In this document: positions 25,641 to 37,895 of the stretch, one piece after another | Layout: each line of letters begins with the position of its first letter | How positions within the stretch are numbered: position 1 is the first letter of the stretch | The notes under the pieces: model-generated | Told to the model about the DNA's origin: nothing | Database searches by the model: none | What the model saw: the letters and a program-made list of their open reading frames with translations, nothing else | NCBI GenBank assembly: GCA_951406725.2 | Contig: OX597825.1 | Coordinates: forward strand, 6,820,001-6,884,000 | Direction: 5' to 3' | From: Octopus vulgaris | Lineage: Eukaryota | DNA: 64,000 nt | Translations under genes and position numbers: made by a program

Positions 25641-25991
25641 AGTTTATATATAATGGTGTATAAACAATTTACGCTTTTATACATGAAAGAGGTGATCTTT
25701 GACAGGACACCTTACATGCTAGAAAGGGCAGTTAAAGCCGAAACCACGAATAAGAGTAATTTGAAACGGAGTGAAAATTAAAAAAATATTTTTGTAGTGT
25801 ATAAGTTTATATATATAATGATGGTGATGATGATGATGATGATGATATATAATGATGGAGAAGGAGGTAGCGATGATGATGATGGTGATAATGATACTAA
25901 TCCTAATGATGGTGATGATGATGATGATGGTAATGATGACAACGACAACGCCGACAGCAATGCTCTCCCCCATCCAGCTTGTTTATTCCTA

Positions 25992-26012
25992 GCGGGGGCG
26001 GGGCGGGGCGGG
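25992..26012 (+). promoter_or_regulatory. Cluster of GC boxes (GGGGCGGGG)
   Basis: GCGGGGGCGGGGCGGGGCGGG in otherwise CpG-poor DNA; TATAAATA at about 26318. Function not demonstrated. Confidence 0.25.
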
Positions 26013-26664
26013 TTAGGTAACGAGTTGTCAAGAGTTGAAGTATCTCTGACAAGACAATGCAAAAACGAAAGTGATCAACCATCAAGGGCTGGCAACGTGT
26101 CAAGCAATCAAACACCTCCTTCAATTGACCCAGAACCCTATTGAATAGTTCTGCAGTAATTCCACTTAGCCATATAATTCTGCTGATTACTCATTAGTAT
26201 ACACCATCTGCCAGACATATCTGAAGAGAGACTGGAAGGACCAATTAACCTCTTCTTACGATTTTGACTAATCATACGTTCACACCATCGGTTCACGAAC
26301 GAGGACGCATCTGCCTTTATAAATATATCTTGTTGCAGTTTTCAAACATTTATGATTTCATTAATTTCATTTTCTTATCATAACACTGATAATCATTAGA
26401 ATGACTTGCGGCATTTCGGTAACTAAGGAAAAAAAACCAAAAAAAAACAACAAAAAAAAAGCAACAGCAACAACAACAACACGTCTTTAATACAGCGTCG
26501 TCATTTCTTTGATAGTCTCTAAGACGGTATATACGCAATACTGTTAAAGAAATCTTAAAGCTTGAAAGATAACATTTATTTACAAAAGTATTCCTTGTGA
26601 AGTTTGTAACCTATAAGAAGAAGAAGAAGAAGAAGCTCGCAACAACAGTCTAGAGTCATGCAAA

Positions 26665-27030
26665 TCTTCTATGCCTCTGCCTCCTCCTCTTCCTCCTCTT
26701 CCTCCGCCACTCCTTTCCGTCTCTGCTTCTTTCTCCGCCTCCGTTTCTGCCTGTGTCTCCGCCTCCACTGCCTCTGTCTCCTCCACCTCTGGCTGCCTTT
26801 CCACCTCTGCCTCTTCTTGCTCCCTCTCCTCCTCTTCCTCCTATCCTCCCGCTCTCCTCCTCCTTGTCTCCTTTGCCACCCTGTCTCCTCCTCCACCTCC
26901 TTCTCCTTCTCCTCCCCGTCTCCTCTACCACCCTGTCTCCTCCTCTTCATCCACCCCTCCTCTCCAGTCTCCTCCTTCCCGTCTGCTCTCCCTCCCCATC
27001 TTCCCCTCCCTCTTCATCTCCTCCTCCAAC
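26665..27030. repeat. Polypyrimidine/polypurine low-complexity tract (CCT/CTC rich)
   Basis: About 365 bp that is almost entirely C/T on the plus strand. Confidence 0.9.
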
Positions 27031-27054
27031 TACAAATGTTCATCCAAGGATAAT

Positions 27055-27095
<41 letters not shown>

Positions 27096-27096
27096 A

Positions 27097-27128
<32 letters not shown>

Positions 27129-27861
27129 AATACACACAGAAATGTTTTTATTAACTGCTGCTAAAACTAATATGAAATGCCCCTTTGGCGCACCACACAC
27201 AAGTCATTCTTCATAACACACACACACACACATACGTACAGACACACAGAGATTTAAAAAGCAATATGCATACATTTCTGCAAAATTATTCCCCGCTCTG
27301 TGAGCTTCCCCTTTTACAGCCATGGCTGACATCAGTAACAGCTCCACCAATACTAACATCTACATTTCTAATTCATGTGTGGCTTATTTCGAAAGACAGC
27401 AGAATTCTTTTCATTTCACTTGGTCTTAGCATTTTAATCTGGATATGTTGCTAATGCCAAAGAAAATCTCTCAACCAACTTCATGAAATGATTAAAAGAA
27501 CACTGGTCTGGAACTCACCCCAAAACATCTAGCCCCTTAAAAGCTAGATCCTTGGTACCATTACCTCTCTGTTCCATACAGAGATTGCTACAAATGTCTT
27601 TGTAATGATGAAGAATTTATCATACGAAAGCGCTGTGGACAAAGATTGAGTGTCCAAAGAATGTTATAGGAGACCAAGAAAAGAGAAGACAGTTAGGGCT
27701 TTTCCTTTTACAAGACAATATCACGCAATATATATGTGGTATCCAGACTGATATCAGCATTTGGGATACTTGATTGAATCTGTGGCAGACATCGGCTTAA
27801 TTAACATTGAAGCCCTCAGGATCCTAGCATCAGCTTCAGACTTTCAGAGAAATACTAGAAA

Positions 27862-28332
27862 GCATGGCTGTGTGGTAAGAAGCTTGCTTCCCAACCACAT
27901 GGTTCCGGGTTCAGTCCCACTGTGTGGCACCTTGGGCATGTGTTTTTACTAGCATTGCCTGTGGGCCAACCAACAGCCTTGTGAGTGGATTTGGATCTGA
28001 CTTGGACGAACTGAAAGATGCCTGCTCATATATATATATAGATATATATAAAAATGATAAACGCTGCCCTTTTCAAGCCTAGCCAGCCTCATGGGTCCGG
28101 TTTCTGTGGTGCATGTGTTCCCTATCGCAGCGTTACTCAAGAAACAGGAAGAGAGAGTGAGAGAAGGTTGTGGTGAAAGAGTACAACAGGGGTCACCACC
28201 ATCCCCTGCCAGAGCCTTGTTGAGCTTTTAGGTGTTTTTGCTCAAACACACACAACACCCCGTCTGGGAATCAAAACTGCGATCCTCCGACTGCGAGTCC
28301 GCTGCCCTAACCACTGGGCCATTGCGCCTCCA
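27862..28332. mobile_element. SINE A 5' half (+, 27862-28030) facing a SINE C variant (-, 28068-28332)
   Basis: GGCTGTGTGGTAAGAAGCTTGC...GGTTCAGTCCC head; family C head reverse complement ...CTAACCACTGGGCCATTGCGCCTCC. Confidence 0.75.
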
Positions 28333-28336
28333 TACA

Positions 28337-28379
<43 letters not shown>

Positions 28380-28514
28380 TACATACATACATACAGGGTG
28401 CGATGTGTAAATTGTTGCCATTTTATATTTTTAATTTTATGCATGCCTGAAGTTTGTTTTTGATTTTGTTGACTACACAGTAATAATAGGGTCAGTTGGG
28501 CATGATCTGTGTGA

Positions 28515-29030
28515 AAATTCCAAGTAGGTGAAGTTGGGAGAAGGAGGGGCAGAAGGAAAGGAAGGACTTCCTGGAAAATTCCAAGGAGGGGGAGTTGAGA
28601 GAAGGAAGGACATCCTGAAAAGTTTCAAAGAGGGAGAGAGGAGGAAGGGGAGGAAGGACTTCCTGGAAAATTCCAAGAAGGGGGGTTGAGAGGGGGAAGG
28701 GGAAGAAGGACTTCTTGGAAAGTTCCAAGAATAGGAGTTGAAAGGAGAAATGGGAAGAAGGGGAAGAATGACTTCCTGGAAAGTTCCAAGGGGGAGAATG
28801 GAGAGGATGGGGCGAAAGGGGAGAAAGCACTTTTTGGAAAATTCCAAGGAGTGGGGTTGGGAGGGGGAAGGGGAGGACGGACTTCCTGGAAAATTCTGAG
28901 CGGGAGCTGAGAGAGGGAAGGAGAAGAAGGAGAAGAATGACTTCCTTGAAAATTCCAAGGTGGGGGAGTTGAGAGGGGGAAGGGGAGAAAGGACTTCCTG
29001 GAAAATTCTAATTAGGAGGAGTTGAGACTT
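28515..29030. repeat. Purine-rich minisatellite, about 9-10 units of 45-60 bp
   Basis: Recurrent GGACTTCCTGGAAAATTCCAAG followed by GGGGAGTTGAGAGGGGGAAGGGG. Confidence 0.9.
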
Positions 29031-29461
29031 GGAGGAGAAATACTCAGTGTATCTTAAAAATGTAATGCATGGATAGGTTCCCTAGAAACAATTCTTGAAG
29101 TAATACCATTATCCTGTCTTTGACACATGACTTTTATATCACATCACATCTTGAAGGTAATCTTTTTGAAATCTGAAAGTAGGTGATAGCTACACAATAT
29201 CAAATGAACAAATCAGATAATAAGACCCTTAAATTCACAAGACACAGCTGTAAACCTTGATTATGTCATTTTTCTGTGGAGATCATGCAACATGTAATCA
29301 GAAATCCCCTCCGCCCCCAAGACACGTCACTGATGTAACACCATCCTCTATGACAGGATGATGTTGTCATTTAAACAATATACAACGGCATCCATGGAAA
29401 AGATTCGTGTGGCATAAATATAAACAGCACACTCCTGCTATTGAATATATAAATATATATG

Positions 29462-29718
29462 TAAAATAATATGTGACAATTATTCGGTAGCTGAGATAAA
29501 ACTCTGAGTTTCGGATGCTGAGGTGGAAATCCACACCTCCATCTCTTCTGAAAAACTAGATAACCGAAGAGATGGTGGTGTGGATTCCCCTCTCGGCATC
29601 CGAAACTCAGAGTTTTATCTCAGCTACCGAATAATTGTCACATATTATTTTATAGATAAATTCCTCTATTTACATAATATTGAGGTCTCTTTCTTTCTTT
29701 GCTATCTTACCGTTTTTA

Positions 29719-29720
<2 letters not shown>
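29462..29720 (+). mobile_element. Penelope-like terminal-repeat fragment with inverted duplication
   Basis: 87-bp arms at 29462-29548 and 29566-29652 are near-perfect inverted repeats with a 17-bp spacer. Contains a hammerhead-like motif; embedded in (TA)n. Confidence 0.65.
29558..29620 (+). ncRNA. Type I hammerhead-like motif (C at core position 4)
   Basis: Stem I AGAUAA/UUAUCU (6 bp), core CCGAAGA, stem II GAUG...CAUC, GAA, palindromic stem III ACUC-A-GAGU, then U at the cleavage site. Confidence 0.55.
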
Positions 29721-29765
<45 letters not shown>

Positions 29766-29859
29766 ATGCAATAAGAGAGTGAAGCTATACATTAGCGTCG
29801 TATTTATTACGTTCGCTATTTTCCAGTAAATATCGGTGCTTCGTTGTGCCATTTATTTA

Positions 29860-29900
<41 letters not shown>

Positions 29901-30801
29901 ACACAGCACATGTCCTATCATACACAAAAACACACACACACATGCCCTCGCTCACCAAAAGCATACCCCATTAAAATAGATAATTTAAATAAAAAAAACA
30001 ATCACCAGCAGAATTTAGGACTAGAGAGAAAATTTTGCAAGAAACCATGAAAGCAATCTAAAGGTAAAAAAAATCTAATTAATAAATAGATATTTGAAGT
30101 CTTGAATGAAATGTATTTTCTTAAGGAAAACCTTTAAGTGAATCAATGTAGAGCACCATTTGTCTCCTCTTAATGAATTAGAGTGGAGTAGTTCTTTAGA
30201 ATGGAAATCGTATAATGTTGTGTTATAGATTAAGGGCATAAAAATATTTAAGCTGAAATCATTTTATGATGACAGAAATAATGAATGAAAACATGTCTTC
30301 ACTTTCAAAATGCTAAGATATTATTCACACGCTCACAGATCAACACACACACCTACACAAAGACCTACACAAATAAATATATATGTTTATATACATACAT
30401 ATACACACAAAGATTAACATACAGAAAACTATATATATATAGAGAGAGAGAGACTCATCAAAAAGACAAAGTATGCTGACTCAGAAAAACGCAGACATAA
30501 CGTCTTTTGTGCACACATATACACACACACATACATATGTACATACATTCATACATTCATATATACACACATATCTTGAAATAAAACTGAATATTGGCAT
30601 ACGCATGCAGAAGTGCAAGGGAAGAAACGTAGATGTATCGAATGCATTGCAAACGTAAGCATCGATTCAATCTAAATATAATATGCAAATGTATGCATAT
30701 CTATAAAGAATAAAACCATAGATAAAGTACACACACACAAAAAAACAAACAAACACTTACATAGGAATTACGTAGTTCCTACTGACAGAAATGCATGCTG
30801 C

Positions 30802-30832
<31 letters not shown>

Positions 30833-30910
30833 ATACATATATATACATTCTCTCTCTCTCTCTATATATATATATCTATATATATCTATCTATATATATA
30901 TATATGTATT

Positions 30911-30942
<32 letters not shown>

Positions 30943-30947
30943 CATAC

Positions 30948-30990
<43 letters not shown>

Positions 30991-31020
30991 TTATATATAT
31001 ATATATACATATATAGATAC

Positions 31021-31056
<36 letters not shown>

Positions 31057-31876
31057 CTGCCATATATAAATATAGATATATAGATATATACACAGCAGCA
31101 GCAGCAGCAGTAGCAACTGCAGCAACACACACTCGCGTGACTACATATTTGATATGCACACACAGAATACAATGCAACACACACAAAGCAGACTGCAGTA
31201 AACAAAGCTCAGAATAAACTCAAGTTTGAGAAGCGATCTGAAGGCTAAAGCTTTCCAGACTCAGTCACTTCTTACTTAAGCTATCTTAGAAGTCACTGAC
31301 TTGGAAATAGTAATTCCGAAAGACTTGATCATATTCATATTGACATAGAGAACCTGTACAGACTTTGGAATTTTTCTATTTATAAACTCGCAAGAGTCTG
31401 CTGATTTCTTAACTTTGTCAATCACTAGAATTTGTTTCTCTAAGAATGATTTCTTGAAGTCTTTACTATTTTGAGGAAAATCTCTCAACCCGAGGTTGTA
31501 TTGATTCGAAGTAGAAATAAATATTAGAATGGTTAGATGTCTTCTAGTTTTTCCTTTGTTCTTCTTTATTGTCATCAATTTTAAAGTTAGTAAATATGTT
31601 TGTTGGTATGTTTGGATAGGTGTAATTAATTCCAAGCAAACAGCTCTGTCCAGTGAAGACAATCAACAGATTCAACTAACCACATGTATAATACCTATCG
31701 CATTCCCTGATAGAAATTTAAACATTATTGGGACCACAAATTCTTAATAATTAGTTGATTCAATAAATTAAAACTGATGATCAATGATTCCAAGGTTTGG
31801 GTCTAAAACCGTATTTTGCCCACGACAAAGATGGCTAACTGTAAAATAGTTACCATGTTGAAATACCTTTTGGTGT

Positions 31877-32105
31877 TTAACCCTTTCATTACTGTATTTA
31901 TTTTGAAATGCTCTGTGTTTCATTCAATTAATTTTAAATATAACAAAGAATTTAGTAAAAGAACTTAGTTATCATTAAGCTTGTATTAGGAACATAAATT
32001 GTGACGAAGGTTTGGCGGAAGATTTTAATTCAAAACTTATGAAAGTAAGACATTTGTACTACAGAACAGAGGCGGTTTTTGCTGGGCTGGTATCAAAAGG
32101 GTTAA
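31877..32105. mobile_element. piggyBac-like MITE
   Basis: TTAA-CCCTTT...AAAGGG-TTAA; reverse complement of 61071-61298. Confidence 0.8.
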
Positions 32106-32323
32106 ACCAGCCATATTTGGCTCAAATATTCTCGCTATTTTATACTCAGACTAGCAAGATTCTGCTTCTTACACTTACCCTAAAATGCCATTCTAAAACT
32201 GAAGAAACACACCATGAAAATCTCAAAGCCACACGATATATTATTAATGCATAATTAATTTCAAAACAATGCAAATAAACAAGTATTACATTTGACTGAG
32301 GAATCTGAATGCTAAAGGGTCAA
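32106..32323. mobile_element. Second piggyBac-like MITE family, partial
   Basis: Ends AATCTGAATGCTAAAGGG; homologous in reverse to 53304-53941. Confidence 0.6.
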
Positions 32324-32807
32324 TGACTAAAAATCTTGTATAACTGGCCATAATTTCTTTAGCTTGTAGTTCTAGGGTTAGATTCTCTCATGAACAAAAG
32401 ATTTAAAATTGCCGCTCAGCAACAGCTCAAGTTAAAGATAATCTGATTCACGAAGGATAATAATTGTCGACAGATCAGTTATGATGTAACTGAGAGACAC
32501 AAATGTGTTGAGTATTAAGACAGGACTTCTATCCGAGTAACAAGAGAGAACCCTCAAACTTCTATCAACTTAGACATTCTCAGCTCTTGATTAAGCTATC
32601 ATGTTTAAAGACTATGTCCAAATATTGGTCACGTGGAGAATTACAACCACAAGACTTCTAAGATAAGAGTTGCTAATGAAGTTCCAATGAATGGGATGAG
32701 CCAAACGTTGAGTTCATCCATCTGAAATTCCTCCTTAATTGCATGGTGTGTGTGTGTATATATTTATATATATATATGTATGTATGTATGTAGATGTTTT
32801 CTAATAT

Positions 32808-32985
32808 TTTGCTTAGTGGTATTTCGTCTGTCTTTATATTCTGAGTTCAAATTCTGCTGACGTTGACTTTGACTTTCCTCCTTTCGGTGTCAATAAATTA
32901 AGTACCAGTTGCATACTGGGGTTGATCTAATCAACTGGGCTCTCTCCCCTAAAATTTCGGGCCTTGTGCTTAGAGTAGAAAAGGT
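32808..32985 (+). mobile_element. Nin/Deu-domain-like SINE (family D, tail type 2)
   Basis: GAGTTCAAATTC B box, then CTTTCCTCCTTTCGGTGTCAATAAATTAAGTACCAG (Nin/Deu-like) and tail GGGCCTTGTGCTTAGAGTAGAAA. Confidence 0.7.
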
Positions 32986-33171
32986 TATTTTGCTTAGGCA
33001 TTGTGATACTAATAACGTGGGCTCTGATGAAACTGTAAGATGTTGCTCTGCATCTTATAGCAGAAACAGCCATAAGCTAATGGAGTTCACAAGATAATTG
33101 CTTATTCCTTTGCCATCTCTTTTCTTATTACATACACACACATACACAATATAATATATACACATATATAC

Positions 33172-33216
<45 letters not shown>

Positions 33217-34114
33217 CACACACACATGTGTATGTATGTATGTATATATACAATAACCTCTATATAACTATGTTTAGTAAATGGAATAAAAAGTAATCGA
33301 TCCATAACTGAATTATCTTTGGGATTTTCGTAAATGTTATTCACATAATTATCAGAAAAACACCATCAAAATCACTTGTAATGGCCTCTTAAAAAAAGAA
33401 ACCAAACACATTTTCCCCCCAAAACTTGTCAACTTGTATAAATAATTAAAGATTTGAGGGGTTTCAATATTGTTTAAGACTATTTGATGGTGAAGAATTT
33501 AGTGTTAATTACAGGAATTTCTGTAAACCTTCACACAAATTCCTTCTGACAGTGGATTTTTATGTCTGCTTTTTAATTATTTTTTATGAGAAAACCTATT
33601 TCCAGTTGGAATTCTCCAAGTTGAAGAGGGCAAAACCTATCATGGCAAAATACTTCAAAGATGAACTACGAGGTTCTTACTCTCCAGAATTGGTTATAAC
33701 AACAACAACAACAACAAAATAGATACAAATAAAATGTTAGGAGAAGCCAAAGAGAATTCTTTTTATGTTTTATGTATTTTTTCCTTTATAGGCTTATTTG
33801 ATTATGTGTATTAACTTATTTGTATGTGTGTGTATATACGTGTGTGTCTGTAAATGTATGTGTAGAAGTATGTGTGTGCATCTTTGATTGATGTAACAAG
33901 TATGAAGTGTTTCAACTTTTGTGATGCTGAGCTGTCTTGTTTTTCATCAAAGTGTGAAGTTAGGGGGAGGAGGATTGGGTATCGAGAAACATAAAGAAGG
34001 GCCACTACTAATGAATATTTAAGTTAGCTTCTATGGGGGTCATTATACCTTTTAAACATAACAGCCAAATCTCCCTCAAATTACAATCTGTTAGTGAAAT
34101 GTTTTAATTTTTGT

Positions 34115-34518
34115 TGTGCTTAAGGAGACCTTTTGAGTCAAGTACATCAACATCAAAATAAAAATCAAACGGAAATTGTAGTTGTGATACCTGTGCCGGT
34201 GGCACGTAAAAGGCACCATCCGATGTGGCCGATGCCAGCGCTGCCTTGACTGGCTTCCGTGCCGGTGGCATGTAAGAAGCACCAGCTGATCATGAATGTT
34301 GCCAGCCTCCCCTGGCACCTATGCCGGTGGCACGTAAAAAGCACCCACCTCACTCACGGAGTGGTTGGCATTAGGCATGGCATCCAGCTGTAGAAACACT
34401 GCCAGATCAGACTGGGCCTGGTGCAGCCTCCTGGCTTCCCAGACCCTGGTCAAACTGTCCAACCCATGCTAGCATGGAAAACGGATGTTAAACGATGATG
34501 ATGATGATGATGATGATG
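34115..34518 (+). mobile_element. RTE 3' UTR (family B) with three GTGCCGGTGGCACGTAAAA units
   Basis: Homologous to 58640-58973; ends GGATGTTAAACGATGATGAT. Confidence 0.8.
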
Positions 34519-35240
34519 GTGATTACTGAGCTGTCCTTTTCTCCATCAGAATGTAAAATTAAGTTAAGAGGAGAGGATGATGATGGTGATGATGATGAGG
34601 AGGAGGAGAAGAAGAAGAGAGTATATAATATATTTTATGAGATGAAGTAGATAAAAGGTCTCATTGTCACTCATGATGCTTGTAAGTATTTAAGCAGGGA
34701 AATTATGGTAGGGACAAGTATTAGTGCACGTTGGTGTGTGTGAAAAGGGCCACTACTAATCAATATTTAAGAGACCTTCTATGGGGTCACAATACCTTCT
34801 AAACATAGCAGCAAAATCTCCCTCAAATTACATTTCCATCATAGGATAATGTAGTCCTAGGATGGACTGATTAAGAATGGTGGGATGGGGGTAGCAGATA
34901 CTTACGGTGGGGAATACATTTTGATCTTAGACTAGGGTGGGGGGGAGAGGATGTTAAGCATCAACAATGATTAATGTTTTCTTATAAAGCTTAAATGAAT
35001 GAAGATAAATGAATAACGAGGTTGGCCCTCGAAGGAACAACATTGAATTGTTGTTATTGAATGGTACTTAAGATGGAAGCTGATTGTTAATTTGTGGAAA
35101 CGATGAATAAAATATATAATGACATGTAGTAAGTAGGTTCCGTTTTTTTAGATTTTATTTTTAGAAAAAAAAAATCAAAGGCAAAAACAAAAATGACTGC
35201 AAAAAGAAGCAATATTGCCAGAAGCCTGCTCAATTTGTGA

Positions 35241-35286
<46 letters not shown>

Positions 35287-35563
35287 GTTGCTGCTGTTGC
35301 TGCAGTTATGAACTTGATGATTATGATGATGATGATGGTGACAATAATTAGAGGAATGATATATATATACATATATATATATATGTGTGTGTAGGGTATA
35401 TGTAGGGGTTCATTAGGGTATGAGTAGGGCTTCACCAAGGATCAGTCCTTACAATCCCACGATCGTAAGCTTGACACTCTAACCACTGAGCCATGCATCT
35501 TCACATTAGTGCCAACCTAAATCCCAGCATGCTCAATGTTAGGATAACTGTTAATCACTAAAA

Positions 35564-36486
35564 CAGGAATTCTCAACCATTTTTTTATCTATGGACCCCT
35601 ATCTTATTCTGGTGGACCCCTATAGCCATTTGGTGTTTAAATTGTACTTTTTTCAAAATTTCTATTTTGTTTTTCACACATTAACTTGTGTAGGTTGAAC
35701 AATGAAAAATGTTAGAGAAAGAAACATAATTCTTTCTTGCAAAACATACCTGTTTCTTTATTACCCACAAGAGGCTAAACATAGAGGGGACAAACAAGGA
35801 CAGACAAACGGATTAAGTCGATTACATCGACCTCCAGTGTGTAACTGGTACTTAATTTATCGACCCTGAAAGGATGGCAAAACGTCGACCTCGGTGGAAA
35901 TGCTTGCAGTATTTCGTCTGCTGTTATGTTCTGGGTTCAAATTCCACCGAGGTCCATTTTTCCTTTCATCCTTTCGGGGTCGATAAATTAAGTACCAGTT
36001 ACACACTGGGGTCGATGTAATCAGCTTAATACCTATGTCTGTCCTTGTTTGTCCCCTTGTGGGTAATAAAGAAATAGGTACTTAATTTATCGACCCTGAA
36101 AGGATGAAAGGCAAGTTGACCTCGGCGGAATTTGAACTCAGAATGTAACGGCAGAAAAAATGCTGCTAAGCATTTCATCCGGCGTGTTAACGTTTCTGCC
36201 AGCTCACCACCTTAGCTTATTCTGGTGGACCCCTATAACCATTTGGTGTTTAAATGGTACTTTTTTCAAAATTTCTATTTTGTTTTTCACACATTAACTT
36301 GTGTAGCTTGAACGATGAAAAATGTTAGAGAAAGAAACAAAACTCTTTCTTGCAAAACATACCAATACGAGATACATCTAAATCAAAATTTTTCGAGGTA
36401 ACACAATTTACAATTTTGTTGCACGAACTTCCAAACATTTTGTGTGGATGCTCAGGGGCCAACTGGACCCTGGTTGATAACCCCTG
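35564..36486. mobile_element. hAT MITE containing nested family D SINEs
   Basis: TIRs CAGGAATTCTCAACC / GGTTGATAACCCCTG; 8-bp TSD CACTAAAA (35556-35563) / CACTGAAA (36487-36494). Confidence 0.8.
35751..36212. mobile_element. Nested family D SINEs: minus copy interrupted by a plus copy
   Basis: Minus tail 35751-35899, plus copy about 35898-36076, minus head 36077-36212. Confidence 0.8.
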
Positions 36487-37574
36487 CACTGAAAGACCCT
36501 CAGTTTTAATGATCTCCTATGACAGATCAAAGAAATCGATTGATTTAATCGCGAGAGCACCAGGGAACATGAAAAACAGGATTTACTTTCACTTTCCATT
36601 TTATCCCCCCTGGGGTTCATAAAACAAAGTACTCTTCATAAACTAGGATTAATATAATCAACAATACCCCTCTTCTGAATATTTAAACATCAATCAGTTA
36701 TTCATGTGATTGTACAGAACTCAAGCATTTAGAAGTTTGTCATCAGTGTGGCAAGGTAGATAGACCCGGGTGTTGGGTGGTGTCTGTTTATTTCAATCAC
36801 GATCAAGTTGGTGCTTTGTGTGTTGTTCATGTGATATAATCACTTGCACCGTTTCGTTGTTGTTGTTGCTGTTGTTGTTGTTTAATCTCATGTCAGCCAT
36901 CACCAAGCGGATCTTTGATCAAAAACATTTCAGCTGTGACCATCTGGTTTCTTTGTGTATCTACAACCACATCATCCATTATGACCTTACTCGTTGTCAA
37001 AGACAGTGAGGTGTGTGCGTAACAACCCAGAGGTCAGCTCATTAGTTCAAGCCTCCCTCGTTTGTGTGTGTGTGTTTCTGTAAACACTCATGCACGTATA
37101 TACTACAGACAACTATTTATATACAACATATACACACACACATTATATGTATTTACATTTGTCGTATAAACAAATGAATAACTTTTATTGTCGCCATATG
37201 GCAAAACTAGTGGAGCATCGAATATTATTGATGTGGAGATTTAGAAAGAGGTAAAAACAAATTTAGTTAGATTATTTCTGTGACCATACATCTTGTAGAC
37301 ATATGCCAACGATTTTGGCAATGAAGTGAACATTCCAGATAATGTCAGTTCTATTGTAGGTGTTTAGCAAAATTCGTAGTAGTTCCTTGAACATTCTCTA
37401 ACACATTCTTATTCTGATTGTCATAATTTCAGAACAATCACCTTCCTTGCTAATTACATCTCCTACATGGAAGATTGACATTAAATGATGATGATGATGA
37501 TGATGATATATATATATATATATATACATATGCATGTGCACACACACACACACACACCCACGTGTATTTATGTG

Positions 37575-37895
37575 TGAGTGTCTTTGTGTCTGTGTTTGTA
37601 CCCCACCCACCCACCATCACTTAACAACCGATGTTGCTGTGTCTAAGTCCCCATAACTTAGCAGTTTGGCAAAAGGGACTGATAGAATAAGTACAAGGCT
37701 TAAAAAAAATAAGTCATGGGGTTGGTTTGTTCGACTAAAATCCCTTTAAAGTGGCGCTCCAGCTTGGCTACAGTCAAGTGACTGAAACAAGTAAAAGAGT
37801 AAAAAAGCAAGCAGTGGGGTTGATTCGTTCAACTAAGATTCTTCAATGCAGTGCTCCAGCAAGGCCGCAGTCCAAAGATTGAAAAACAAGTAAAG
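37575..37895 (+). mobile_element. SINE A 3' half with duplicated terminal segment
   Basis: GCTCCAGC..GGC..CAGTC...GA.TGAAA.CAAGTAAA occurs twice (about 37756 and 37853). Confidence 0.7.

Noticed and set aside
26580-27216. Pro/Ser-rich and Glu/Arg-rich ORFs in all frames
   Set aside because: A by-product of a polypyrimidine low-complexity tract.
28473-28958. 161-aa repetitive ORF (WNFPGSPS / LEFSRKSF)
   Set aside because: Translation of a minisatellite whose unit lengths shift the frame between units.
31276-31662. 128-aa minus-strand ORF
   Set aside because: No Ig or other motif and no clear splice signals; consistent with chance.
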